Positions 24,303 to 37,893 of a stretch of DNA of 64,000 bases are shown in pieces (position 1 is the first letter of the stretch; every line of letters starts with the position of its first letter). This DNA comes from Eledone cirrhosa. Taxonomy: Eukaryota. The translations under genes were made by a program, and so were the position numbers. The stretch covers positions 35,464,001 through 35,528,000 of the forward strand of contig OZ024755.1 in the NCBI GenBank assembly GCA_964016885.1, written 5' to 3'. Under the pieces are notes generated by a model, which saw nothing but the letters and a program-made list of their open reading frames with translations, had not been told where the DNA came from and did no database searches.

Positions 24303-25390
24303 TGCTACTTATCTGAATTGAGAGATCACAGCTCCGATACTATGGGCATGTGGTTAGAATCACTAGAGAGTCACTTCAGAAAGAGCCACTACTACTCCGA
24401 ATTGAGAGATCACAGCTCTGATACTATGGACAGATGGTTAGAATGTCTCAGGAAAGAATCACTGGAGAGTCACTCTAGGTGGAGCTGGTACTTCTCCAAA
24501 TTGAGAGATCACAGCTCTGATACTATGGGCATGTGGTTAGAATGTCTCAGGAAAGAATCACTGGAGAGTCACTCTAGGTGGAGCTGGTACTTCTCCAAAT
24601 TGAGAGATCACAGCTCTGATACTATGGGCATGTGGTTAGAATGTCTCAGGAAAGAATCACTGGAGAGTCACTCCAGGTAGAGCTGCTACTTCTCCGAATT
24701 GAGAGATCACAGCTCTGATACTATGGCCATGTGTTTAGAATGTCTCAGGAAAGAATCACTGGAGAGTCACTCCAGGTAGAGCTGCTACTTCTCCGAATTG
24801 AGAGATCACAGCTCTGATACTATGAACATGTGGTTAGAATGTCTCAGGAAAGAATCACAGGAGAGTCACTCCAGGTACAGCTGCTACTTCTCTGAATTGA
24901 GAGATCACAGCTCTGATACTATGAACATGTGGTTAGAATGTCTCAGGAAAGAATCACAGGAGAGTCACTCCAGGTACAGCTGCTACTTCTCTGAATTGAG
25001 AGATCACAGCTCTGATACTATGAACATGTGGTTAGAATGTCTCAGGAAAGAATCACAGGAGAGTCACTCCAGGTACAGCTGCTACTTCTCTGAATTGAGA
25101 GATCACAGCTCTGATACTATGGACATGTGGTTAGGATGTCTCAGGAAAGAATTGCTGGACAGAATTTACAGGCAAAACCAACTGGCAGGAGACCCAAGGG
25201 TAGACCCTGAGCAAGATGGTTGGATAACATCCATGAGCTTAACTGGTCACTTTTGGGGATCCAGCTGGATCAGTTGGAGTTGGTTGCTTCTGACAGGACT
25301 CACTGCAAGGAGTGTTTGAGGGCTCTGCCTCCCATGACCCTCTCATGAATAGGTGTGGGGGGAGAGGGAAGAAGGAGGAGAAGAAGAAGA
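24303..25390 (+). mobile_element. RTE (Expander/Rex3-like) LINE 3' end whose 5' part is a 99-bp tandem array (9 units, first 84 bp)
   Basis: Frame ESLQVELLLLRIERSQL(R/*)YYGHVVRMSQERIAGQNLQAKPTGRRPKGRP*ARWLD; (GAA)n tail. Units start at 24318, 24402, 24501, 24600 ... 25095. Confidence 0.88.
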
Positions 25391-25531
25391 CTCTACCATC
25401 CTGCTAATCTATCACTGTTAATATTAAAATAGTTTAGGTCATAAGATATACATGGGTGTTGATCAGAGTATAGAGTCATTTTAGTCAGCTATATGTTGTG
25501 AGACAATATAATATAGTATTAAGTGTGTCTT

Positions 25532-28500
25532 ATCCTAACATGTCAGCATTCCAGTGTCACAGACTAGATAACTTATCCTAACATGTCAGCATTCCAGTGT
25601 CACAGACTAGATAACTCATCCTAACATGTCAGCATTCCAGTGTCACAGACTAGATAACTTATCCTAACATATCAGCATTCCAGTGTCACAGACTAGATAA
25701 CTCATCCTAACATGTCAGCATTCCAGTGTCACAGACTAGATAACTTATCCTAACATGTCAGCATTCCAGTGTCACAGACTAGATAACTCATCCTAACATG
25801 TCAGCATTCCTGTGTCACAGACTAGATAACTCATCCTAACGTGTCAGCATTCCAGTGTCACAGACTAGATAACTCATCCTAACATGTCAGCATTCCAGTG
25901 TCACAGACTAGATAACTCATCCTAACATGTCAGCATTCCAGTGTCACAGACTAGATAACTCATCCTAACATGTCAGCATTCCAGTGTCACAGACTAGATA
26001 ACCCATCCTAACATGTCAGCATTCCAGTGTCACAGACTAGATAACTCATCCTAACATGTCAGCATTCCAGTGTCACAGACTAGATAACTCATCCTAACGT
26101 GTCAGCATTCCTGTGTCACAGACTAGATAACTCATCCTAACGTGTCAGCATTCCAGTGTCACAGACTAGATAACTCATCCTAACATGTCAGCATTCCAGT
26201 GTCACAGACTAGATAACTCATCCTAACATGTCAGCATTCCAGTGTCACAGACTAGATAACCCATCCTAACATGTCAGCATTCCAGTGTCACAGACTAGAT
26301 AACTCATCCTAACATGTCAGCATTCCAGTGTCACAGACTAGATAACTCATCCTAACGTGTCAGCATTCCTGTGTCACAGACTAGATAACTCATCCTAACG
26401 TGTCAGCATTCCAGTGTCACAGACTAGATAACTCATCCTAACATGTCAGCATTCCAGTGTCACAGACTAGATAACTCATCCTAACATGTCAGCATTCCAG
26501 TGTCACAGACTAGATAACTCATCCTAACATGTCAGCATTCCAGTGTCACAGACTAGATAACTCATCCTAACGTGTCAGCATTCCTGTGTCACAGACTAGA
26601 TAACTCATCCTAACGTGTCAGCATTCCAGTGTCACAGACTAGATAACTCATCCTAACATGTCAGCATTCCAGTGTCACAGACTAGATAACTCATCCTAAC
26701 ATGTCAGCATTCCAGTATCACAGACTAGATAACTCATCCTAACATATCAGCATTCCTGTGTCACAGACTAGATAACTCATCCTAACGTGTCAGCATTCCA
26801 GTGTCACAGACTAGATAACTCATCCTAACATGTCAGCATTCCAGTGTCACAGACTAGATAACTCATCCTAACATGTCAGCATTCCAGCGTCACAGACTAG
26901 ATAACTCATCCTAACATGTCAGCATTCCAGTGTCACAGACTAGATAACTCATCCTAACATATCAGCATTCCTGTGTCACAGACTAGATAACTCATCCTAA
27001 CATGTCAGCATTCCAGTATCACAGACTAGATAACTCATCCTAACATATCAGCATTCCTGTGTCACAGACTAGATAACTCATCCTAACATGTCAGCATTCC
27101 AGTATCACAGACTAGATAACTCATCCTAACATATCAGCATTCCTGTGTCACAGACTAGATAACTCATCCTAACATGTCAGCATTCCAGTATCACAGACTA
27201 GATAACTCATCCTAACATGTCAGCATTCCAGCGTCACAGACTAGATAACTCATCCTAACATGTCAGCATTCCAGTATCACAGACTAGATAACTCATCCTA
27301 ACATATCAGCATTCCTGTGTCACAGACTAGATAACTCATCCTAACATGTCAGCATTCCAGTATCACAGACTAGATAACTCATCCTAACATATCAGCATTC
27401 CTGTGTCACAGACTAGATAACTCATCCTAACATGTCAGCATTCCAGTGTCACAGACTAGATAACTCATCCTAACATGTCAGCATTCCTGTGTCACAGACT
27501 AGATAACTCATCCTAACATGTCAGCATTCCAGTATCACAGACTAGATAACTCATCCTAACATATCAGCATTCCTGTGTCACAGACTAGATAACTCATCCT
27601 AACATGTCAGCATTCCAGTATCACAGACTAGATAACTCATCCTAACATATCAGCATTCCTGTGTCACAGACTAGATAACTCATCCTAACGTGTCAGCATT
27701 CCAGTGTCACAGACTAGATAACTCATTCTAACATGTCAGCATTCCTGTGTCACAGACTAGATAACTCATCCTAACGTGTCAGCATTCCAGTGTCACAGAC
27801 TAGATAACTCATCCTAACGTGTCAGCATTCCAGTGTCACAGACTAGATAACTCATCCTAACATATCAGCATTCCTGTGTCACAGACTAGATAACTCATCC
27901 TAACATGTCAGCATTCCAGTATCACAGACTAGATAACTCATCCTAACATATCAGCATTCCTGTGTCACAGACTAGATAACTCATCCTAACGTGTCAGCAT
28001 TCCAGTGTCACAGACTAGATAACTCATCCTAACATGTCAGCATTCCAGTGTCACAGACTAGATAACTCATCCTAACATGTCAGCATTCCAGTATCACAGA
28101 CTAGATAACTCATCCTAACATATCAGCATTCCTGTGTCACAGACTAGATAACTCATCCTAACGTGTCAGCATTCCAGTGTCACAGACTAGATAACCCATC
28201 CTAACATGTCAGCATTCCAGTGTCACAGACTAGATAACTCATCCTAACATGTCAGCATTCCAGTGTCACAGACTAGATAACTCATCCTAACATGTCAGCA
28301 TTCCAGTGTCACAGACTAGATAACTCATCCTAACATGTCAGCATTCCAGCGTCACAGACTAGATAACTCATCCTAACATGTCAGCATTCCAGTATCACAG
28401 ACTAGATAACTCATCCTAACATATCAGCATTCCTGTGTCACAGACTAGATAACTCATCCTAACGTGTCAGCATTCCAGTGTCACAGACTAGATAACTCAT

Positions 28501-31500
28501 CCTAACATGTCAGCATTCCAGCGTCACAGACTAGATAACTCATCCTAACATGTCAGCATTCCAGTGTCACAGACTAGATAACTCATCCTAACGTGTCAGC
28601 ATTCCTGTGTCACAGACTAGATAACTCATCCTAACGTGTCAGCATTCCAGTGTCACAGACTAGATAACTCATCCTAACATGTCAGCATTCCAGTGTCACA
28701 GACTAGATAACTCATCCTAACATGTCAGCATTCCAGTGTCACAGACTAGATAACTCATCCTAACATGTCAGCATTCCAGTGTCACAGACTAGATAACTTA
28801 TCCTAACATATCAGCATTCCAGTGTCACAGACTAGATAACTCATCCTAACATATCAGCATTCCTGTGTCACAGACTAGATAACTCATCCTAACGTGTCAG
28901 CATTCCAGTGTCACAGACTAGATAACTTATCCTAACATATCAGCATTCCTGTGTCACAGACTAGATAACTCATCCTAACATGTCAGCATTCCAGTGTCAC
29001 AGACTAGATAACTCATCCTAACATGTCAGCATTCCTGTGTCACAGACTAGATAACTCATCCTAACATGTCAGCATTCCAGTGCTACAGACTAGATAACTC
29101 ATCCTAACATGTCAGCATTCCAGTGCTACAGACTAGATAACTCATCCTAACATGTCAGCATTCCAGTGTCACAGACTAGATAACTCATCCTAACATGTCA
29201 GCATTCCAGTGCTACAGACTAGATAACTCATCCTAACATGTCAGCATTCCAGTGCTACAGACTAGATAACTCATCCTAACATGTCAGCATTCCAGTGTCA
29301 CAGACTAGATAACTCATCCTAACATGTCAGCATTCCAGTGCTACAGACTAGATAACTCATCCTAACATGTCAGCATTCCAGTGTCACAGACTAGATAACC
29401 CATCCTAACATATCAGCATTCCAGTGTCACAGACTAGATAACTCATCCTAACATGTCAGCATTCCAGTGCTACAGACTAGATAACTCATCCTAACATGTC
29501 AGCATTCCAGTGCTACAGACTAGATAACTCATCCTAACATGTCAGCATTCCAGTGCTACAGACTAGAATTACTCATCCTAACATGTCAGCATTCCAGTGC
29601 TACAGACTAGATAACTCATCCTAACATGTCAGCATTCCAGTGTCACAGACTAGATAACTCATCCTAACATGTCAGCATTCCAGTGCTACAGACTAGATAA
29701 CTCATCCTAACATGTCAGCATTCCAGTGCTACAGACTAGATAACCCATCCTAACATATCAGCATTCCAGTGTCACAGACTAGATAACTCATCCTAACATG
29801 TCAGCATTCCAGTGCTACAGACTAGATAACTCATCCTAACATGTCAGCATTCCAGTGCTACAGACTAGATAACTCATCCTAACATGTCAGCATTCCAGTG
29901 CTACAGACTAGATAACTCATCCTAACATGTCAGCATTCCAGTGCTACAGACTAGATAACTCATCCTAACATGTCAGCATTCCAGTGTCACAGACTAGATA
30001 ACTCATCCTAACATGTCAGCATTCCAGTGTCACAGACTAGATAACTCATCCTAACATGTCAGCATTCCAGTGCTACAGACTAGATAACTCATCCTAACAT
30101 GTCAGCATTCCAGTGCTACAGACTAGATAACTCATCCTAACATGTCAGCATTCCAGTGCTACAGACTAGATAACTCATCCTAACATGTCAGCATTCCAGT
30201 GTCACAGACTAGATAACTCATCCTAACATGTCAGCATTCCAGTGCTACAGACTAGATAACTCATCCTAACATGTCAGCATTCCAGTGCTACAGACTAGAT
30301 AACTCATCCTAACATGTCAGCATTCCAGTGTCACAGACTAGATAACTCATCCTAACATGTCAGCATTCCAGTGTCACAGACTAGATAACTCATCCTAACA
30401 TGTCAGCATTCCAGTGTCACAGACTAGATAACTCATCCTAACATGTCAGCATTCCAGTGCTACAGACTAGATAACTCATCCTAACATATCAGCATTCCTG
30501 TGTCACAGACTAGATAACCCATCCTAACATATCAGCATTCCAGTGTCACAGACTAGATAACTCATCCTAACATGTCAGCATTCCTGTGTCACAGACTAGA
30601 TAACCCATCCTAACATGTCAGCATTCCTGTGTCACAGACTAGATAACCCATCCTAACATGTCAGCATTCCAGTGCTACAGACTAGATAACTCATCCTAAC
30701 ATGTCAGCATTCCAGTGCTACAGACTAGATAACTCATCCTAACATGTCAGCATTCCTGTGTCACAGACTAGATAACTCATCCTAACATGTCAGCATTCCA
30801 GTGTCACAGACTAGATAACTCATCCTAACATGTCAGCATTCCAGCGTCACAGACTAGATAACTCATCCTAACATGTCAGCATTCCTGTGTCACAGACTAG
30901 ATAACTCATCCTAACATGTCAGCATTCCAGTGTCACAGACTAGATAACTCATCCTAACATGTCAGCATTCCAGTGTCACAGACTAGATAACTCATCCTAA
31001 CATGTCAGCATTCCAGCGTCACAGACTAGATAACCCATCCTAACATGTCAGCATTCCTGTGTCACAGACTAGATAACCCATCCTAACATGTCAGCATTCC
31101 AGTGCTACAGACTAGATAACTCATCCTAACATGTCAGCATTCCAGTGCTACAGACTAGATAACTCATCCTAACATGTCAGCATTCCAGTGCTACAGACTA
31201 GATAACTCATCCTAACATGTCAGCATTCCAGTGCTACAGACTAGATAACTGATCCTAACATGTCAGCATTCCAGTGTCACAGACTAGATAACTCATCCTA
31301 ACGTGTCAGCATTCCAGTATCACAGACTAGATAACTCATCCTAACATGTCAGCATTCCAGTGCTACAGACTAGATAACTCATCCTAACATGTCAGCATTC
31401 CAGTGCTACAGACTAGATAACTCATCCTAACATGTCAGCATTCCAGTATCACAGACTAGATAACTGATCCTAACATGTCAGCATTCCAGTATCACAGACT

Positions 31501-32025
31501 AGATAACTCATCCTAACATGTCAGCATTCCAGTGCTACAGACTAGATAACCCATCCTAACATGTCAGCATTCCAGTGTCACAGACTAGATAACTCATCCT
31601 AACATGTCAGCATTCCTGTGTCACAGACTAGATAACTCATCCTAACATGTCAGCATTCCTGTGTCACAGACTAGATAACTCATCCTAACATGTCAGCATT
31701 CCAGTGTCACAGACTAGATAACTCATCCTAACATGTCAGCATTCCAGTGTCACAGACTAGATAACTCATCCTAACATGTCAGCATTCCAGTGTCACAGAC
31801 TAGATAACTCATCCTAACATGTCAGCATTCCAGTGTCACAGACAAGATAACTCATCCTAACGTGTCAGCATTCCAGTGTCACAGACAAGATAACTCATCC
31901 TAACGTGTCAGCATTCCAGTGTCACAGACTAGATAACCCATCCTAACATGTCAGCATTCCAGTGTCACAGACTAGATAACTCATCCTAACATGTCAGCAT
32001 TCCAGTGTCACAGACTAGATAACTC
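25532..32025 (+). repeat. 43-bp satellite array, about 151 copies, 6.5 kb
   Basis: Unit ATCCTAACATGTCAGCATTCCAGTGTCACAGACTAGATAACTC. Confidence 0.97.
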
Positions 32026-32114
32026 GTCCTGTTTGAGGACTCTGCCACTATGACCCTCTCAGGAATAAGTGGACAAAGAAGAAGAAGAAGAAGAAGAAGA
32101 AGAAAAGAAGAAGA
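32026..32114 (+). mobile_element. RTE LINE extreme 3' end with (GAA)n tail, related to 25314-25390
   Basis: TGTTTGAGGACTCTGCCACTATGACCCTCTCAGGAATAAGTG versus TGTTTGAGGGCTCTGCCTCCCATGACCCTCTCATGAATAGGTG. Confidence 0.75.
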
Positions 32115-33849
32115 CAACCAGAAGATACCAGTTATATACTGGTGGTTGATGTAATTTATCGTGCATTCTACTAACACTGTTGACTTTGTATAGATGTTAA
32201 AAATCAATATTATGTTCTTGTTGAAATATGCAATTCTTCTAATACACCACCACCACCAACAAAAACAACAACATCTGCATATTTTTTATAGCTACTTGGT
32301 TAACCAATAAACAAGCCTAATATTAATACACAAGAAGCGCCATCCTATATACTTGTATAGTTCTCCATATCTAATTCAGCAGTGAGATGTGGTTTTTCTC
32401 CAGTTACACAATAGAAGACATGTAGCTGACTTTTTTCATTAAATATTTATTATTACAATCTCTTTAAGCATATTACATTGTCTCTGTTTGTATGTTTTTC
32501 TCTCAAGAGTTATTCAGAGCAATACTTGATGTCTTCATATTTACAAACTATCAACACAACAATATTACTGTGCCTATAACTGATTTAATAGTTCTGAGAA
32601 ATTCCTGCATTGGTGATGACAGATAATAGGTATGGCACCATCGCTATTTTCTTTCTTTGTTGAAGCAAGGTAAAATAAATAAATAAATAAAGAAAGAAGT
32701 TAAAAAACAACAAAAAAAGAAAACAGCAACAAAAAAACAAACAATTGAGAATTAGATTGTATTAATTTATTTTTATTCAAGTTTAATAAATTATCATAAT
32801 TTAAGCAATGTGCAATAATAAATAGCTTCAATTTTAGTCTTCAGTGGATTTCACTTTAATAGCAGATAAGAATATTCTAGAAAGAAAATGCTGTAAATGA
32901 AATATTAAGGCACAGTAGATCTCTTAACATAATGTGACAGATAATCAAACAGAGGAAAACTTTTACATCTTTCAGTTGTTATATAAATATTCAATGGAAA
33001 TTTATTTCAAAACTTCCAAGGTCAAAGAATGTTCAATGAAAATTTATTTCCAAACCTCTGAGGTCAAAGAAATTCATAATAAAGAGCTCAATACTTCCAG
33101 CATATTAGCTAAAGCTGGCATATATAAACACGTTAAATACATTTAATATAGTATTACAGATAGTAATGAGTGACTTGTACAATAGAATTTCATTCATTAT
33201 CTCTTTAGATATGAAAGAATTACAGTTGTACAATGTCACAGGTTGAGAAGAAGGCAGTGTTACTACAAAGACAATGGGAAGTAAATAGGTCAACTTTGAT
33301 TATTTTATTGAAAGAAACAGCATAAGAAAGGGTTCAAGTGGTGAAACAATTCTACTTGTTAGTTTTCTGACAAGTAGCCACAGACAGCTGAATTATTACG
33401 GTAATAATTTGAAGAGCAAAAGGTGGCAGCAGCTTCAGAATAAAACAGCAGTGTTGCATATTGATTTACTATATTAACTTTCTATAGCCTAGTCTTTTTA
33501 ACTGTCAAAATTGCTTAGTCCCCAAGTGAAGTCTTATCAAGTTAACCTATGATGAAAGGTATTTTAGCTGTAAGCATCCCTTCTTTTCTGACACAGTTCA
33601 CCTCAAACTATATTATCTAATATGCCCTTCCTATTGTTTAAAGATGGCACAGTGAGATTTAATAGAGATTTGGCTATTATTTGTAGTAGGTCAAGCTTCA
33701 ACATAAGAGTTCCCTCAATGGCTCATTGCTGAAAAGCCATGGAAACATTTGATTGTCTGCAGTAAGCAAAAGAAGACATGTGTAATGGACATATGTTGTA
33801 TTAGCTTGCAGTACTGAGTTCCAATCATTCGGTGGACAAAGTCAACAAT

Positions 33850-34390
33850 TAATGGTTTCTGATTTAGGTACACGGCCAACAATTTGGAAGAGAGTAAAGT
33901 CGATTAAATCAACCCCAGTGCATTACTGGTACTGCATTTTATCGACCCCCGTAAGGATGAAAGGCAAAGTTAACCTCAGTAGGATAATAATTGTTTCTAC
34001 TTTTGGCACAAGGCCAGCAATTACCCAGTGTATTACTGGTACTTTATGTTATCAACCCCGTAAGGATGAAAGGCAAAGTTAACCTTGGCGGGATTTGAAC
34101 TCAGATCATAAAGGGACGTAACTCTATGCATAAAAGCATGGCGTCCGACCCTCTACCGATACTGCCAATCCACCGGTTTCTGATTTAGGCACAAGGCCAA
34201 CAATTTGGGGCGAGGGAAGGGGGAAGTCGATGAAATCAACCCCAGTTCATTACTGGTACTGAATTTTATTGACCTCATAAGGATGAAAGGCAATGCTAAC
34301 CTTGGCAGGACTTGAACTCATATCATAAAGGAGTGTAACTCCATGCCATAAAGTATATTGTCCAACGCTCTACAGATACTACCAACCCAC
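33850..34390 (-). mobile_element. Three head-to-tail SINE A copies
   Basis: Repeated GGCACAAGGCCA...GGATGAAAGGCAAAGTTAACC...TTGAACTCA blocks. Confidence 0.85.
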
Positions 34391-34635
34391 AGTGCTAAGT
34401 CTACAATTATTGATATGCCAAGTAGCAAGTTTTCTCACACTGTGACTGTACAATAGATTATATATATTAGTACTACAGGACTCAATCTACATTGAGTTTG
34501 TAATAGAATATATCAGAAAAATACAAACAAATGCCCTTACAACATTTCACCGGGCAGAAAAAGAGGGATTGGTCATATAGAACTACACAATGTATTACAA
34601 TAGATTAAAGTTACTACTACTGCTGCTGCTGCTAT

Positions 34636-34692
<57 letters not shown>

Positions 34693-35275
34693 ACCACTTA
34701 TAATAGATTTGATATATAGTACAATTGATCTAAAAATAAAACAAAACATGCGGCTTAGTACATCAATAACTAATTGAAGTAGCTGCCAGCAATACACTAT
34801 TTATGCAAATTGAGTTTTCCTGTTTAGTGGATTGCCTAATTGGAATGATAATATACAATGTCTTTGTGGTGAAATAACAAATATGTGCTTAGTTCCTGCA
34901 TAGAACTGAAACTGGTTGAACTAATCCTTCTTTTTCTTTCCTCCCATGGAGAGGTTGGATGAAGAAAGTGAAAATAAATTGAAAAGCCATGTGGTTCAAT
35001 TGAAAGTGAAGGAGTTGCTGGTCAGGTTTGGTTCAGTGTATGGCAATGAGCTAAGCTCTGGGATTCTGTAGAACCTGCTTAGTACCTTATTTAGTTAAAG
35101 ATCCAATTGATAAAGAACTAGATATATCAAAGATATAAGGATTAATGATAAAAGAGTTAATTATTCTCATTGGGTTTTACACACCATTGTTTCACCACCC
35201 AAATATAATGCTGGTACTGTACAGTCATGTGGGGACTACTCACAAACAATAAATATGTCCGCACCTTATATATAT

Positions 35276-35610
35276 GGAGGCATATGGCTTAGTGGTTAGA
35301 GCATTGGCCTCGCAATCGAAGGGTTGTGAGTTCAATTCTCAGACTGGGTGATGTGTTGTTTCCTTGAGCAAGACACTTTATTTCACATTGCTCCAGTTTA
35401 CTCAGCTGTAGAAATGAGATGATAGGGACTGGGGTCCTTATCATTCCACTGCAAAGTTGTCGTGGAGGTACCACAGCAAAAAAAAAGCACCCAGCACTCA
35501 CTGTAAATGAGGTTGGTGTTAGGAAGGGCATCCAGCTGTAGAAATCAAGCCAGAATCAGTTCCCGTCCCACCCTTGCAAGCAGGGAAAAGCGGACGTAAA
35601 ATTAAAAATG
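35276..35610 (+). mobile_element. SINE B, full length
   Basis: tRNA-like A box TGGCTTAGTGG, B box GAGTTCAATTC, CORE-like block, RTE-like tail. Other copies at 54450-54778(-), 60155-60349(-), 61627-61946(-), 40238-40480(+) and 51300-51665(-). Confidence 0.88.
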
Positions 35611-36127
35611 AACTTTATATATATATATGAATAGAATTAGGATTTAGCTTCAGACATAGCTGTATAGGATACGTAGAAATTTTGTATTTCTAAAGAAACA
35701 TGGTATGTTTACAGGTAAACATTTAGGAAGCTGTAGCTATGCAACAAACACCGAGGGGGGGGGGGGGGACCTAACACCTTCTGGTGGTGTCCAGCAGAAG
35801 CAAGGTGGAAAATCGTCGATGCCTCAATCCCTCTCACACTTGAAAACAGTCGAGAATATATAGCTTTCTCGTCTGTGTAAATGAGGTGATTAATATCATT
35901 TGCATATGAAGTTGCATAAGTTGGCTCAACTTATAATAGAATAGAATTAGTTTTTTGCTTCAGGCAATATATATATATTCAATTGAAGAAAGTTGGTTGA
36001 TTAAAAATCTGCTGACTTATTCTTTAACAGACATGAAGCTCTTCACGGTTTTTGTTCATCTGGAGTTTTATTATAATAAATAAGAGAGACGGTTTTATTC
36101 ATTATGTAATATTACATCTTGTTTGTA

Positions 36128-36201
36128 TGTTTGTCTGAAGAGAATGTGTAAGGGGGTTATCATATAACTACCTTACACCTTTGAAATGTGTATAACGAAT
36201 G
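36128..36201 (+). ncRNA. Minimal hammerhead motif with a long stem II
   Basis: CTGAAGA at 36135; about 19-bp stem II GAATGTGTAAGGGGGTTAT/ATAACTACCTTACACCTTT; GAAA TGTGTA TA; stem I TGTTTGT/ACGAATG with GU pairs. Confidence 0.65.
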
Positions 36202-36280
36202 CAATAAAGCGGCGTCTGAATCCGTTCATCAGATAGAAATCTTTATTTGGATATCCAAATAAAGATTTCTATCTGATGAA

Positions 36281-37893
36281 CATACAAAAGATAGCACTAC
36301 TAGCTACTGTATATATATTATATAGAGTACCTCAGGACTTACAAATATATACAGTATACAAAAGATAGCACTACTAGGTAATGTATATATATATATTATA
36401 TAGAGTACCACAGGACTTACAAATATGTACAGCATACAAAAGATAGCACTACTAGCTACTGTATATATATTATATAGAGTACCCCAGGACTTACAAATAT
36501 ATACAACATACTAAAGATAGCACTACTAGGTACTGTATATATATTATATAGAGTACCACAGGACTTACAAATATATACAACATACAAAATATAGCACTAC
36601 TAGCTACTGTATATATATTATATAGAGTACCACAGGACTTACAAATATATACAGTATACAAAAGATAGCACTACTAGCTACTGTATATATATTATATAGA
36701 GTACCCCAGGACTTACAAATATATACAACATACAAAAGATAGCACTACTAGCTACTGTATATATATTATATAGAGTACCACAGGACTTACAAATATATAC
36801 AGCATACAAAAGATAGCACTACTAGGTACTGTATATATATTATATAGAGTACCACAGGACTTACAAATATATACAGCATACAAAAGATAGCACTACTTGC
36901 TACTGTATATATATTATATAGAGTACCACAGGACTTACAAATATATACAACATACAAAAGATAGCACTACTAGGTACTGTATATATATTATATAGAGTAC
37001 CCCAGGACTTACAAATATATACAACATACAAAATATAGCACTACTAGCTACTGTATATATATTATATAGAGTACCACAGGACTTACAAATATATACAGTA
37101 TACAAAAGATAGCACTACTAGCTACTGTATATATATTATATAGAGTACCCCAGGACTTACAAATATATACAACATACAAAATATAGCACTACTAGCTACT
37201 GTATATATATTATATAGACTACCCCAGGACTTACAAATATATACAGCATACAAAAGATAGCACTACTAGCTACTGTATATATATTATATAGAGTACCCCA
37301 GGACTTACAAATATATACAACATACAGAAGATAGCACTACTAGGTACTGTATATATATTATATAGAGTACCCCAGGACTTACAAATATATATATTATATA
37401 GAGTACCACAGGACTTACAAATATATACAGCATACAAAATATAACACTACTAGGTACTGTATATATATTATATAGAGTACCCCAGGACTTACAAATATAT
37501 ACAACATACAAAATATAACACTACTAGGTACTGTATATATATTATATAGAGTACCACAGGACTTACAAATATATACAACATAAAAAAGATAGCACTACTA
37601 GGTACTGTATATATATTATATAGAGTACCCCAGGACTTACAAATATATACAACATACAAAAGATAGCACTACTAGGCACTGTATATACATTATATAGAGT
37701 ACCCCAGGACTTACAAATATATACAGCATACAAAAGATAGCACTACTAGGCACTGCATATATATTACAAAAAGTACTATCAACACAATAGAAACAACATC
37801 AGCAATAACTATACTGCACATAGCCAAGGAACACAGAGCTGTGCTCGGTGGAGCAGAAATGGTGCACGATAAAAAAAAAAAATAATAATAATT
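36281..37893 (+). mobile_element. R4/Dong-like RLE LINE 3' end with a 74-bp tandem array (about 20 units) and an A/(TAA)n tail
   Basis: The unit encodes TPGLTNIYNIQKIALLGT; the last unit continues ALLGTAYILQKVLSTQ* (stop at 37788), matching the R4/Dong QKxxLLGTAxILRKVL terminus. Confidence 0.85.

Noticed and set aside
25532-32025. CRISPR-like regular array
   Set aside because: Units are contiguous with no unique spacers, there are no cas genes, and the context is eukaryotic.
35276-35350. tRNA genes
   Set aside because: The A/B boxes belong to SINE heads; there is no complete cloverleaf.
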